Of a stretch of 64,000 nucleotides of DNA, positions 1 to 10,833 are shown piece by piece (the first letter of the stretch is position 1; each line of letters opens with the position of its first letter). A model generated the notes under the pieces. It was not told the DNA's origin. It saw only the letters and a list, made by a program, of their open reading frames with translations, and made no database searches. Location of the stretch: assembly GCA_017626365.1 (NCBI GenBank), contig JAGAIV010000001.1:31429-95428 (forward strand). Direction: 5' to 3'. The position numbers and the translations under genes were made by a program. The DNA comes from Clostridia bacterium. Its GTDB lineage: Bacteria > Bacillota > Clostridia > TANB77 > CAG-508.

Positions 1-907
1 TTTCAAGTTCAGCACCTAGAGTTGCTTGTGTAAAGGTGATTGGAATTGTACAAAGTACGTTATAATCTTGACGAGTATAAATACTATGTCTTTTGATATG
101 TACTGTTATGTATAAATCTCCTTTTGGTCCACCTTTTTGTCCTGGTGCTCCTTCTCCTCTTAATACTACTGTTTGATTTTCATCAATTCCTGCTGGGATT
201 TTTACTTTAATTCTTGCTTGTTTTCGAACTGTTCCTTTTCCACGGCAGTTTTCACATGGTTCTTTTATTACTTTTCCTTCTCCATGACAAGTAGGACAGG
301 TTCTTGTAGTCTGCATTTGTCCAAGAATCGTCGTTTGCATTTGCTTAATTTGACCTGTTCCATGGCACATGGTACAAGTTTCTACTTTACTTCCTGGCTT
401 TGCTCCACTTCCATGGCAAGTATCACAAGTATCTTCACGACTGATACTAATTTCTTTTTCTACTCCTAGAAAAGATTCCTCAAAACTAATTTCCATATTG
501 TATCTTAAATCTGCACCTTTTATAGGTCCATTATTCTGTTTTGTAGAACCTCTTCCTCCAAAGCCTCCTCCAAAGAAAGAAGAAAAGATGTCTCCTAAAT
601 CTTCCATATCAAATCCATCAAAACCTGATGTAGAATATGAATAATATCCTCCACCTGGTCCGCCACCACCAAAACCTTGTGGTCCGTCTGGTCCAAATTG
701 GTCATACATTCTTCTTTTTTGAGGATCTGATAGAGTCTCGTAAGCTTCATTTACTTCTTTGAATTTTGCTTCTGCTTCTTTTTTATTATCCGGGTTTGCA
801 TCAGGGTGATATTTTTTAGCAAGTTTACGATATGCTCTTTTTAACTCATCATCACTTACATTTTTATCAACACCTAATACCTCATAATAATCTCTTTTTT
901 CAGCCAT
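1..907 (-). CDS. dnaJ: Chaperone DnaJ (C-terminus cut by window edge)
   Basis: Reverse translation from ATG 907..905 gives [42 protein letters not shown] (J domain with HPD). This is followed by a G/F-rich linker and CxxCxGxG zinc-finger repeats ([16 protein letters not shown]). It lies downstream of dnaK. It is absent from the ORF track because it runs off the window. Confidence 0.93.
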   Translation of the reverse strand, partial: MAEKRDYYEVLGVDKNVSDDELKRAYRKLAKKYHPDANPDNKKEAEAKFKEVNEAYETLSDPQKRRMYDQFGPDGPQGFGGGGPGGGYYSYSTSGFDGFDMEDLGDIFSSFFGGGFGGRGSTKQNNGPIKGADLRYNMEISFEESFLGVEKEISISREDTCDTCHGSGAKPGSKVETCTMCHGTGQIKQMQTTILGQMQTTRTCPTCHGEGKVIKEPCENCRGKGTVRKQARIKVKIPAGIDENQTVVLRGEGAPGQKGGPKGDLYITVHIKRHSIYTRQDYNVLCTIPITFTQATLGAELE

Positions 908-947
908 TTTGTTCCTCCAAATTGAATCTCATATTCAAGATATGATT

Positions 948-968
948 GGGCGGAAATGGATTCCGCCC
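948..968 (-). other. GC-rich intercistronic stem-loop between dnaK and dnaJ
   Basis: GGGCGGAA-atgga-TTCCGCCC, an 8-bp stem about 10 nt after the dnaK stop. No U-tract follows, so it is probably a processing or attenuating hairpin rather than a full terminator. Confidence 0.4.
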
Positions 969-978
969 CCTACAATTC

Positions 979-2856
<1,878 letters not shown>

Positions 2857-2914
2857 TTATTTTTTGATTTTTCTTTCTTTTGTATAATTTATTTAAAAAA
2901 ATTTAATAACAATA

Positions 2915-3400
2915 TTAGTTTGCTACAACGACCATTGAATGGCGTATTACTTTATTTCCTATTTTATATCCTTTTCTAAATTCCTCTTTAATTTCTTTTT
3001 CTCCTAAAGTTTCATCTTGTACACTACTTACTGCTTCATGAAGTTCAGGGTCAAAAGTTTCTCCTACTGTTTTAATCTCTTCAACTCCTAAGTTAGATAA
3101 AGTATCTATCAGTTGTTTATGTACCATTTCGACTCCTTGTTTATAACTTTCATCATCTGTTGGTGCAGAAACTGCTTTTTCTAGGTTATCTACTACTGGC
3201 AAGATAGATGTCACAATATCGGATATTAGTGAATGATATAATGTTTCTCTTTCTTTTGAACTTCTTTTTTTGAAGTTATCAAATTCTGCCATCAAACGTT
3301 TATATCTATCTGTCATTTCTTCTAATTCTTGTTTTGTAGCATCTGTATTTACTACCTCTTCTTGCTCTTTTTCTAGTACTTCTTCTTTGTTCTCTTCCAT
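2915..3400 (-). CDS. grpE: Nucleotide exchange factor GrpE
   Basis: 161 aa with an acidic N-terminus, a coiled coil and a GrpE-like C-terminus (FDPELHEAV ... GYKIGNKVIRHSMVVV). Position in the hrcA-grpE-dnaK-dnaJ operon supports the call. Confidence 0.93.
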   Translation of the reverse strand: MEENKEEVLEKEQEEVVNTDATKQELEEMTDRYKRLMAEFDNFKKRSSKERETLYHSLISDIVTSILPVVDNLEKAVSAPTDDESYKQGVEMVHKQLIDTLSNLGVEEIKTVGETFDPELHEAVSSVQDETLGEKEIKEEFRKGYKIGNKVIRHSMVVVAN

Positions 3401-3563
3401 ATTATTCTCCTTTCTTATTGTATCGAAAAAATCTCTTTCTATCTTGACTCTATATAAGATTTTTCTGTATACATCAAGGTTAATTTACCTATATTCGTGC
3501 TATTGCAAAGCAATCTGTATATGTAGACATCGGAAGCTTTGCTTTCACTAATGTCCAATTTTC

Positions 3564-4575
3564 TTATAAGTCTTTTTCTTTCATTTTTTTACTAATATAT
3601 TTCATAACAGAAATTACTTTTGAATAGTCCATTCGTTTTGGTCCAATAATTCCAATTGTTCCTAAATCTTTATCTCCAACAGAATGTTTAAATGTAACAA
3701 TACTAAAATCTTTTAGTTGTTCATTTTCGTTTTCATCTCCTATGTAGACATTGATATCTTTGGCTATCCCTGAATTTAGCATATCTAGCATTAATTCCTT
3801 TTCATCTAGAATATTAACAAAGTTTTTAGCAATCTCTAAACTTTTAAACTCTGGTAAATCAAAAGATTTATTTGCTCCTTCTAAATATAGTTTGTTTTCT
3901 TCTTCCACTACTTTATTAATTTGCTCAATAATTGGTTTAATAACTTCAACACTATAATTGATTTCAGATAAAATGTATTCTTCCATTGGTTTATCAATTT
4001 TGCTAAGTGGTTTTCCTTTTAACTTACTATTAAATAAATTGTTTAATGTTTCTACTTGACTTTGGCTAATATCTTCATCATATTTAATAATCGTTTCTTT
4101 TACCAATCCGCTATCCGTTATAATTACTACCATTAACATTCTAGAACCCAATAGAACAAATTTGATTTCTTCTATGATTTGCATATTGGATTTTGGTCCG
4201 AATCGCAACGGTTGTGTAATGAGTAATTTCTGACAAAGTTGTTGTTGCAATTTTGGTTAAATCTTCAATTTCATTTACTTTTGCTGATAGTTTGTTTTGA
4301 ATATACTTAATTTCTTCTAGTGAAATATCCTCATCATTTACCAACTCGTCTACATAGAATCGGTAACCTTTTTCCGACGGTACACGTCCTGCTGATGTAT
4401 GAGGTTTATCTAAATAGCCATTTGATTCTAATTCTGCAAGTTCATTTCGAACTGTCGCACTACTATAATTTAGTCCATACTTTTTTACAAGTGTTGCTGA
4501 ACTAACTGGCTCTGCTGTATTAATATATTCATCAATTACTGCTTGTAAAATTTCCTTTTTTCTTTTATCTAACAC
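3564..4575 (-). pseudogene. hrcA: Heat-inducible repressor HrcA with a disrupted reading frame (1-nt indel near 4198-4203)
   Basis: Two overlapping ORFs (4141..4662 and 3564..4250) together give a complete HrcA. The N-terminal part from GTG 4575 reads (M)LDKRKKEILQAVIDEYINTAEPVSSATL ... LSEITHYTTVAI. The C-terminal part reads GPKSNMQIIEEIKFVLLGSRMLMVVIITDSGLVKE... The frames join at gtt gcg att [c] gga cca aaa. An RBS AAAGAGGTG precedes the GTG. Confidence 0.85.
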
Positions 4576-4589
4576 ATTCTTCACCTCTT

Positions 4590-4616
4590 TTAGCACTTCG
4601 TGTGTTTGATTGCTAA
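4590..4616 (-). promoter_or_regulatory. CIRCE operator (HrcA binding site) upstream of hrcA
   Basis: On the minus strand: TTAGCAATC-N9-AAGTGCTAA. Compare the consensus TTAGCACTC-N9-GAGTGCTAA. It ends 14 nt upstream of the hrcA GTG. Confidence 0.85.
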
Positions 4617-4697
4617 TTTCTTTGTATATATTATATCCAAAATTAGCAATTGTCAACCCCAATTGCTAATTTTTTTTGTGAATTTTTTGTGAATAAT

Positions 4698-4724
4698 AAA
4701 AACTCGGAGAAACTTCCTCCGAGT
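4698..4724 (-). terminator. Rho-independent terminator after the small membrane protein gene
   Basis: CTCGGAG-aaacttc-CTCCGAG stem immediately after the stop at 4725, followed by a T-run on the minus strand. Confidence 0.7.
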
Positions 4725-4940
4725 CTAAAATCTAGGGCTTGGAAAGTTAAGACTTCCCACAGCTGCTGCTACAACTGTTAGCCCTATCAAGACACCTCCC
4801 GTTATCGTGTCAATCATGACAAATGTCATTCCTGACACGATAACCAATGCAAGAATTGCACAAAAGATTGAAACTCTTCCAATCTTTATGGCTCTTCTCA
4901 GAGAGCGTCTCCGCCTAATCTTTTGAATACAAGCTAGCAT
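4725..4940 (-). CDS. Small hydrophobic membrane protein (71 aa), unknown function
   Basis: RBS AAAGGAG lies 6 nt before ATG 4940. The protein has a basic N-terminus (IRRRRSLRR) and two predicted TM segments. GC content is clearly above the local background. Confidence 0.5.
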   Translation of the reverse strand: MLACIQKIRRRRSLRRAIKIGRVSIFCAILALVIVSGMTFVMIDTITGGVLIGLTVVAAAVGSLNFPSPRF

Positions 4941-5073
4941 AGCTTTCTCCTTTCTACAACAATGGTTACCCATTACATCTATATTATAACATTTTTACAT
5001 AATTTTTTCAATTTTATACATAAAAAGGGCGTTATTGATATTTCTTACCAATAGCGCCATACATTTTATTAAT

Positions 5074-5700
5074 TTATTTTATTCCAAAAATTCTATCTCC
5101 TGCATCCCCAAGTCCTGGTACAATGTAACCAATTTCATTTAAATGGTCATCTATTTTTGCACAATAGATTTGTACATCTGGATATGCTTCTTCTACTCTT
5201 TTAATTCCTTCTGGCGCAGCAATTAAGCACAAGAATTTAATTTTCTTCACGCCGTCTTCTTTCATCATTTTGATTGCATCTACTGCAGAACCTCCTGTTG
5301 CAAGCATTGGGTCTACTAGTATTACTTCTCTATCTTTTATATCTTTTGGAACCTTATAATAGTATCTTACTGGTTCTAGAGTTTCTTCATTACGATATAA
5401 TCCAATAACTCCAATTTTTGCATTTGGAATAATTTTTGTAATTCCATTGCTCATTCCAAGTCCTGCTCTTAATATTGGAACAAATGTATATCTGTCTTCA
5501 TTTATTTTTTTTGCTACTGTTTTTCCCATTGGAGTTTCTACTTCTACTTCATCAGTTTCGGCATCTCTCATAGCCTCATAGCATAATAGCATTGCGATTT
5601 CTTCCGCAAGCTCTCTAAATTCCTTTGTTCCTGTTTTTTTATCTCTTAAAATTGCTACTTTGTGTTCAATTAATGGATGTTTTACTTCAATTGCGTTCAT
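5074..5700 (-). CDS. upp: Uracil phosphoribosyltransferase
   Basis: 208 aa. Starts [23 protein letters not shown], has the PRPP-binding [13 protein letters not shown] and a C-terminal [15 protein letters not shown]. Confidence 0.97.
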   Translation of the reverse strand: MNAIEVKHPLIEHKVAILRDKKTGTKEFRELAEEIAMLLCYEAMRDAETDEVEVETPMGKTVAKKINEDRYTFVPILRAGLGMSNGITKIIPNAKIGVIGLYRNEETLEPVRYYYKVPKDIKDREVILVDPMLATGGSAVDAIKMMKEDGVKKIKFLCLIAAPEGIKRVEEAYPDVQIYCAKIDDHLNEIGYIVPGLGDAGDRIFGIK

Positions 5701-5748
5701 TTTCTTTCCTTCTTTCTTTAGGCGAGCAATGCTCCCCCTTACTAATTA

Positions 5749-7107
5749 TTATACTTTTGCTTTTACTTTTTCTTCTTTTTTTGTTTTCTTTTCTTTTTTC
5801 TCTTTTTTATTGTTATCTTCTGTCTCTTCTTTTTCTTCTGGTAAGAATAAGTTAATTAAAATTCCAACAATAGCTGCTAAGCTCATTCCAGAAATTGTTA
5901 CAGATACATCTCCGCTAACAATTGAAATAGCTGCTCCTCCAAGTCCAAGTACAAGCATAGTAGAAGCTACAATAACATTTTTTGTTTTTCCAAAATCGAT
6001 TTGGTTTTGAATTAGTACTTTTAATCCGTTAACTGCAATAAATCCATAAAGAAGTAAACTGATTCCTCCAAGTACTGCGTTTGGAATGGTTGAAACTAAT
6101 GCTGTGAATTTTCCTAAAAATCCTAAACAAATTGCAAAAATAGCTGCAAGTCCAATCACCCAAACAGATGCAATTTTAGTCATTCCTACAACAGATGTAT
6201 TTTCTCCATAAGTAGTGTTTGCTGGTCCTCCTAATAGACCTGCTACGAATGTTGCAACACCGTCTCCTAATAATGTTTTATCTAATCCTGGTTCTTTTAA
6301 TAAATCTTTTCCAATAATGTTGCTAAGTGATGTATGGTCTCCAATATGTTCTGCCATAGTTACTAATGCAATTGGTGCAATTGTTAATACTGCTGTAAAG
6401 TTTGGTGTATAACTTACAAATGGAATAACAAATTGAGGCATACTAAAGAATGCGGCTTCTGCTACTGGTGTAAAATCAACTAATCCTACACATACTGCTG
6501 CAATATATCCTGTTACAATTCCTACTAAGAAAGGAATGATTTTTAAGAAACCTTTTCCTCTTACTGCTACAATCGCTGTAACTAAAAATGAAACTAATGC
6601 TACAAATACTGCTTTCCATTCAACTTCACTACCAGAAATAAGTCCAATTTGTGAAATAGCAGTTGGTGCAAGTCCTAACCCTATAATCATAATCATTGGT
6701 CCAATAACAATTGGTGGTAATATTTTATCTAGCCATCCTTTTCCTGTAAATCTAATAATAGTTGCAAATATTACATAGATAAGACCTACTACCATAATTC
6801 CTGTCATTGCTCCTGATAGTCCACCTTTTAAATATGCTGCTGCAAGCGGTGCAATAAATGCAAAAGAACTTCCTAAATATACTGGTGATTTTCCTCTTGT
6901 GCATAAAATATAAAGTAAAGTTCCTATACCAGATGTTACTAATGCTACTGGTATGGTAAGTACTGTTTCTCCTGCTTGTGCGTTTACTAAAATAGGTACC
7001 AATATGGTTGCACCAAACATGGCAAATACGTGTTGAAGTGCTAGTACAATCCATTTGGCAATTGGTGGCTTTTCATTAACATCTAAAACCATTTTACTTT
7101 TTTCCAT
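5749..7107 (-). CDS. Uracil/xanthine permease (NCS2 family) with a Lys/Glu-rich C-terminal tail
   Basis: 452 aa polytopic membrane protein with NCS2 motifs (QHVFAMFGATILVP, EHIGD, NTTYGENTSV). Sits directly upstream of upp. The tail reads EEKEETEDNNKKEKKEKKTKKEEKVKAKV. Confidence 0.9.
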   Translation of the reverse strand: MEKSKMVLDVNEKPPIAKWIVLALQHVFAMFGATILVPILVNAQAGETVLTIPVALVTSGIGTLLYILCTRGKSPVYLGSSFAFIAPLAAAYLKGGLSGAMTGIMVVGLIYVIFATIIRFTGKGWLDKILPPIVIGPMIMIIGLGLAPTAISQIGLISGSEVEWKAVFVALVSFLVTAIVAVRGKGFLKIIPFLVGIVTGYIAAVCVGLVDFTPVAEAAFFSMPQFVIPFVSYTPNFTAVLTIAPIALVTMAEHIGDHTSLSNIIGKDLLKEPGLDKTLLGDGVATFVAGLLGGPANTTYGENTSVVGMTKIASVWVIGLAAIFAICLGFLGKFTALVSTIPNAVLGGISLLLYGFIAVNGLKVLIQNQIDFGKTKNVIVASTMLVLGLGGAAISIVSGDVSVTISGMSLAAIVGILINLFLPEEKEETEDNNKKEKKEKKTKKEEKVKAKV

Positions 7108-7153
7108 AAGATTCTCCTCCTAATATTTTCTTTTGGGTAGCACATGTATACGC

Positions 7154-7186
7154 AAAAAATCACTAAAAACAATGTTTTAGTGATTT
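7154..7186 (-). terminator. Rho-independent terminator in the permease leader
   Basis: On the minus strand: AAATCACTAAAAC-att-GTTTTTAGTGATTTTTTGCG (stem of about 11 bp plus T6). It overlaps the stop of the 38-aa ORF and lies about 50 nt before the permease start. Confidence 0.7.
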
Positions 7187-7293
7187 AATAACATACCATA
7201 TATAATAGAAATACTTGTAGCAAACACAAAAACTAGCAAAGAAACTTTGCTATCGATAATAGTATCTTTTGTTTTTTCTACAAAATCTTTCAT
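7177..7293 (-). CDS. Possible 38-aa leader or small membrane peptide
   Basis: MKDFVEKTKDTIIDSKVSLLVFVFATSISIIYGMLLNH. A weak RBS (AGGGTG) precedes it, with a candidate promoter TTGCAT-N17-TAATAT upstream. Below the ORF-track size cut-off. Confidence 0.3.
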   Translation of the reverse strand: MKDFVEKTKDTIIDSKVSLLVFVFATSISIIYGMLLNH

Positions 7294-7348
7294 TTTTCTA
7301 CACCCTAGAAAATATTACTATAATTTTTATAGAAATGCAAGTGTTTTT

Positions 7349-8209
7349 TCAAATTTCTATTCCTTGATTTTTTTCTTTCAAGAACATATTGCAAATTTGG
7401 TTCACTTCTGTTTCTAACCTATGCTTGTATCGGTCATTTATAGCATCTGTTTTTAATGTTGTGATTGTATCATATTCTGGGTAATGTTCTTCAATATATT
7501 CTTTCATTTCTTTACTCATTGGGCCTTTTATGGCAAGTTTGATATCAATTCCTGAAATCTGTCTTGCTCTTAAAAATTTACGATAAACGTTTCTTATTTC
7601 ATGAATTTCTCGGTCATCTGTTATTCCCTTTTTATTTCTGTCGATTGCTCTTGCATATTTAGAATCTAAAAATAAGGAATAATACTCAAAACGATTTTCT
7701 TTTTCTAACTCATTTAAATAACACAATACATTAAATACTTCTCCTGCCCAAGCACTTTTTTGATTTAATTGATTTAAATATTGTTCACCTGAATATAAAT
7801 GATATTTTTCTTGTACTTCATCTGAATATCCATGTGTTGTAAAGAAAATTCCTGAAAAATCCTCATATTTAACACAAGAAATAGCGCCATTTTTTTCTGT
7901 TTCTGAAATCTTTTGATTAAACATTTTATTTACACTAATGGAATCAATATTTATGCTATCATAGAAATATTTTCTATGCTTTGGATCATCATGAAGTGAA
8001 GTAAATCTTTCAAGTTGCACAATTAATTCTAAAATTGATTGTTTATCTAATTCATAACCATCTTTTCTAGTTTCAAACCCCATTTTTCTATGTGTGTCTG
8101 CAAGCATTTTTGTTCCACCCGCAATAATCCACTTTAAAACCTCATCCTTGTTTTCCAAACCATAAAAGAAATATTTTTCAAACCATTCCTTTTTTAATTC
8201 TCTTTGCAA
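7349..8209 (-). CDS. Hypothetical protein (286 aa), no recognisable family
   Basis: Long uninterrupted ORF with a TTG start preceded by GAGGAG. I recognise no motif. Confidence 0.55.
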   Translation of the reverse strand: MQRELKKEWFEKYFFYGLENKDEVLKWIIAGGTKMLADTHRKMGFETRKDGYELDKQSILELIVQLERFTSLHDDPKHRKYFYDSINIDSISVNKMFNQKISETEKNGAISCVKYEDFSGIFFTTHGYSDEVQEKYHLYSGEQYLNQLNQKSAWAGEVFNVLCYLNELEKENRFEYYSLFLDSKYARAIDRNKKGITDDREIHEIRNVYRKFLRARQISGIDIKLAIKGPMSKEMKEYIEEHYPEYDTITTLKTDAINDRYKHRLETEVNQICNMFLKEKNQGIEI

Positions 8210-8335
8210 TTTTGTTCACTCCTCGTGTGATGCTTATTACTAAGTTTTTCTACATTATATCGAATGATAATATTTTTTTCAAGGATAATAAGTAAAAAGT
8301 GAATAGTTCATTGTGACTTGCTAAGTCCGCACATT

Positions 8336-8409
<74 letters not shown>

Positions 8410-8461
8410 ATATTTTTATTACATATTTTATTATACATGATAATGGTTATTTTTTCAAGAG

Positions 8462-8505
8462 AAAAAACATTGACTTTATATCATATAAATGTCAATGTTT
8501 TTTCT
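8462..8505 (-). terminator. Terminator after the PHP phosphatase gene
   Basis: AACATTGAC ... GTCAATGTT stem flanked by A and T runs. Confidence 0.6.
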
Positions 8506-8520
8506 TTTTTCACCTTTCTT

Positions 8521-9330
8521 CTATAATTTTATAAATTTCGGTTTTCTATTTTCGAATATTGCATAATTTTCATATCCAATCTTCTTAAGTATGCTACTTG
8601 CTTGTTCAAAATTTGAACAAACATCTTCTACTTTATGTGCATCAGAACCTATTGTTATTATTCTTCCCCCTAATTGATAATATCTTGTCAGTATTTCTAT
8701 ATTAGGATGTGGCATATTAAGTCCATATCGATATCCAGAAGTGTTAACTTCAATTCCTTTTTCTTTTTTAATTATATTTGCAAGTATTTCATCTAAAATA
8801 TCTTGATAATCACTATATTGTATCGTTTTTTCTTGATATCCGCCATAGCGGACAATATAATCGATATGACCATAAACATCAAATTCGTCATACAATTTGA
8901 TATTTTCCAATACTTCTTTAAAGTACTTCATATATGCTTCTTTTTGAGTTAAGCCATCAAAGAACGTTGGGTCTTTCGAAATGTCTTTTTTACATGTTAT
9001 ATGAGAAGATCCTATTATAAAATCAAAATTATACTGTTTTACCATATTATGAATAGTTTCTTTAATATCTGGTTGCAATCCTATCTCTATTCCTAATTTC
9101 AAGCTAATTTTGTCTTTGTATTTGTCCTTATATTGATTAAAATTTTCTACATAATTTTTTACGTCAATTGTATTTAATTTGTTATTTTCTAATCCATCAT
9201 ATATATCGTAATGTTCTGTAAAGCATATTTCTTTTAATCCTATATTAATCGCATTTTTTATATGTTCCTCCATAGTAGAAATTCCATCATGTGAAAATGT
9301 TGTATGCAAATGATAATCTGTATATATCAT
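8521..9330 (-). CDS. PHP-family histidinol-phosphatase-like phosphoesterase
   Basis: Start MIYTDYHLHTTFSHDG (PHP metal-binding HxH) with RBS AAGGAGG. HisJ-like length of about 269 aa. The ORF-track N-terminal extension is rejected. Confidence 0.8.
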   Translation of the reverse strand: MIYTDYHLHTTFSHDGISTMEEHIKNAINIGLKEICFTEHYDIYDGLENNKLNTIDVKNYVENFNQYKDKYKDKISLKLGIEIGLQPDIKETIHNMVKQYNFDFIIGSSHITCKKDISKDPTFFDGLTQKEAYMKYFKEVLENIKLYDEFDVYGHIDYIVRYGGYQEKTIQYSDYQDILDEILANIIKKEKGIEVNTSGYRYGLNMPHPNIEILTRYYQLGGRIITIGSDAHKVEDVCSNFEQASSILKKIGYENYAIFENRKPKFIKL

Positions 9331-9372
9331 AAGATCTTTCCTCCTTACATAAAATGCATTTCTAAATAAAAA

Positions 9373-9459
9373 TGAATAGTTAATACTGAATAATATAAAA
9401 TATGCTCTTTGCACTTAATTAAAACTATTCACTATTAACTATTCACCATTCATTATTCA
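9373..9459. repeat. Inverted arrays of TGAATAG-type heptamers
   Basis: Plus strand 9373..9393 reads TGAATAG TTAATAC TGAATAA. Plus strand 9425..9459 reads CTATTCA CTATTAA CTATTCA CCATTCA TTATTCA, five exact 7-nt periods. The two arms are 19/21 complementary. A GCGACTTTTTAAAGTCGC hairpin follows at 9461..9479, then the tRNA-Gly 3' end. Confidence 0.8.
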
Positions 9460-9484
9460 CTGCGACTTTTTAAAGTCGCACATT

Positions 9485-9558
<74 letters not shown>

Positions 9559-9576
9559 ATTTCTATGATAGTACTT

Positions 9577-9605
9577 ATTATATCGACTATCATAGATTTT
9601 GTCAA
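9577..9605 (-). promoter_or_regulatory. Consensus sigma-A-type promoter for tRNA-Gly
   Basis: Minus strand TTGACA-N17-TATAAT, ending about 18 nt upstream of the tRNA 5' end. Confidence 0.6.
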
Positions 9606-9646
9606 TATTTTTTTGAAATTTATATCAATTTTTTAATTAAACAATA

Positions 9647-10744
9647 TTACTCTTGCTCAAATATTGTTTTAAATACTCCTTTACTAATCAATTCCGCAAA
9701 AATCTCTTTCAAAACAATTAGTATAATTGGTCCTATCATTAAACCTAATACACCAAATATTTTAAATCCGGTATACATAGCAATTAATGTAAATATTGGA
9801 TGTAGACCCATTTGATGGCTAATCATTTTTGGTTCTACTAGATTTTTAATAATTGCCCAAAGAATCCAAAGAATTCCTACTCCTATTGCTGCTGGAATAT
9901 TACCTACTAATACTAAATACGCTACCCAAGGTATCATGACTGTCCCTGCGCCAAAAATTGGTAATATATCCACAAATCCGATAAAAATTGCCATAATAAT
10001 TGGATATTCTATTTGTATACCACAAAGATCCATAAGTGTTAATCCTATTAGTACTAGAATGAAACAAATTCCCGATAATTTTGCTTCTGCTTTTATGTAA
10101 TTTACAACAACACTAAATGTTGTTTTTAAATATGTTTTCAAAGTATCTAACCATTTACTTGGTATATGTTTCTTACAGGTCTGGATAATATAGTCCCTAT
10201 CAAAACAAATAAATATCACAGCTAATATAGTAATAAATCCATAAGTAAACCAAGATGGAATTGCAGTTATAGTGTTTATTACTCCTGTAAAGAAAGTTCC
10301 AAGAAATGTCTTTACTCCTTCTAATAATCCTCCATAAGATTTTTCTGCAATCTGCATTACTTCTTCTGGAATTTCAATTCTACCTTCTTGAATATCACTT
10401 AAAAAATCCATTCCAAAATTGTATGCATCTGTTATATATACATTTAGATTTTCTACTAGTTTAATAGATTCCGTTATAATGTTAGATACTAATATACTTA
10501 TTAATATAATTATAATACTTACTATTAAAACTAGAGCAACTATACTTGATAGTTTCCTCTTCCATTTTAGTTTTTTCATAAATAATTTAATAAGAGGTTC
10601 TGCAATGCTTGCAATAATTAATGCTATTATAAATGGCATATAAAATATTGCTGTTTTATATAGAGCATAAATTCCTATCAAAATAATGGCAAACAGCAAG
10701 AACTTTGATGCCATTTTCAAATAATAATCCTTTTTTTCTTCCAT
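9647..10744 (-). CDS. AI-2E family transporter (PerM/YtvI-like integral membrane protein)
   Basis: About 365 aa, 7-8 TM helices, with a family-like conserved C-terminal half (ILPIFGAGTVMIPW ... LHPIFTLIAMYTG). ATG 10744 is preceded by GGAG. Confidence 0.7.
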   Translation of the reverse strand: MEEKKDYYLKMASKFLLFAIILIGIYALYKTAIFYMPFIIALIIASIAEPLIKLFMKKLKWKRKLSSIVALVLIVSIIIILISILVSNIITESIKLVENLNVYITDAYNFGMDFLSDIQEGRIEIPEEVMQIAEKSYGGLLEGVKTFLGTFFTGVINTITAIPSWFTYGFITILAVIFICFDRDYIIQTCKKHIPSKWLDTLKTYLKTTFSVVVNYIKAEAKLSGICFILVLIGLTLMDLCGIQIEYPIIMAIFIGFVDILPIFGAGTVMIPWVAYLVLVGNIPAAIGVGILWILWAIIKNLVEPKMISHQMGLHPIFTLIAMYTGFKIFGVLGLMIGPIILIVLKEIFAELISKGVFKTIFEQE

Positions 10745-10833
10745 ATATTTCTCCAATTCATTTTGTAATTAATATTATCCCGTAAAGTAATGCCCTCTTA
10801 CCTAAGGAACTGTCGGCAAAACCTACTGGGGTT

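Noticed and set aside
173-644. Plus-strand ORFs 173..469 and 369..644
   Set aside because: They lie antisense to the clearly recognisable dnaJ coding sequence and translate to low-complexity Phe/Ser/Leu-rich protein. They are artefacts of an AT-rich antisense strand. The same applies to the many 60-175 aa ORFs antisense to dnaK, ftsH, the PBP, secA, mgtA, valS, the lon-like gene and the giant repeat genes.
5749-5850. Lys/Glu-rich tails on the permease, the DUF1189-like protein, and the FtsH and PBP N-termini as a shared functional module
   Set aside because: Such AAA/GAA-rich low-complexity termini are common in very AT-rich genomes, and these share no alignable motif. They are treated as a compositional effect rather than a domain.
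6752-7054. 100-aa ORF in an alternative frame inside the uracil permease gene
   Set aside because: It is same-strand and out of frame within a strongly supported NCS2 transporter gene. The translation is Cys/Arg/Ser-rich with no support as a protein.
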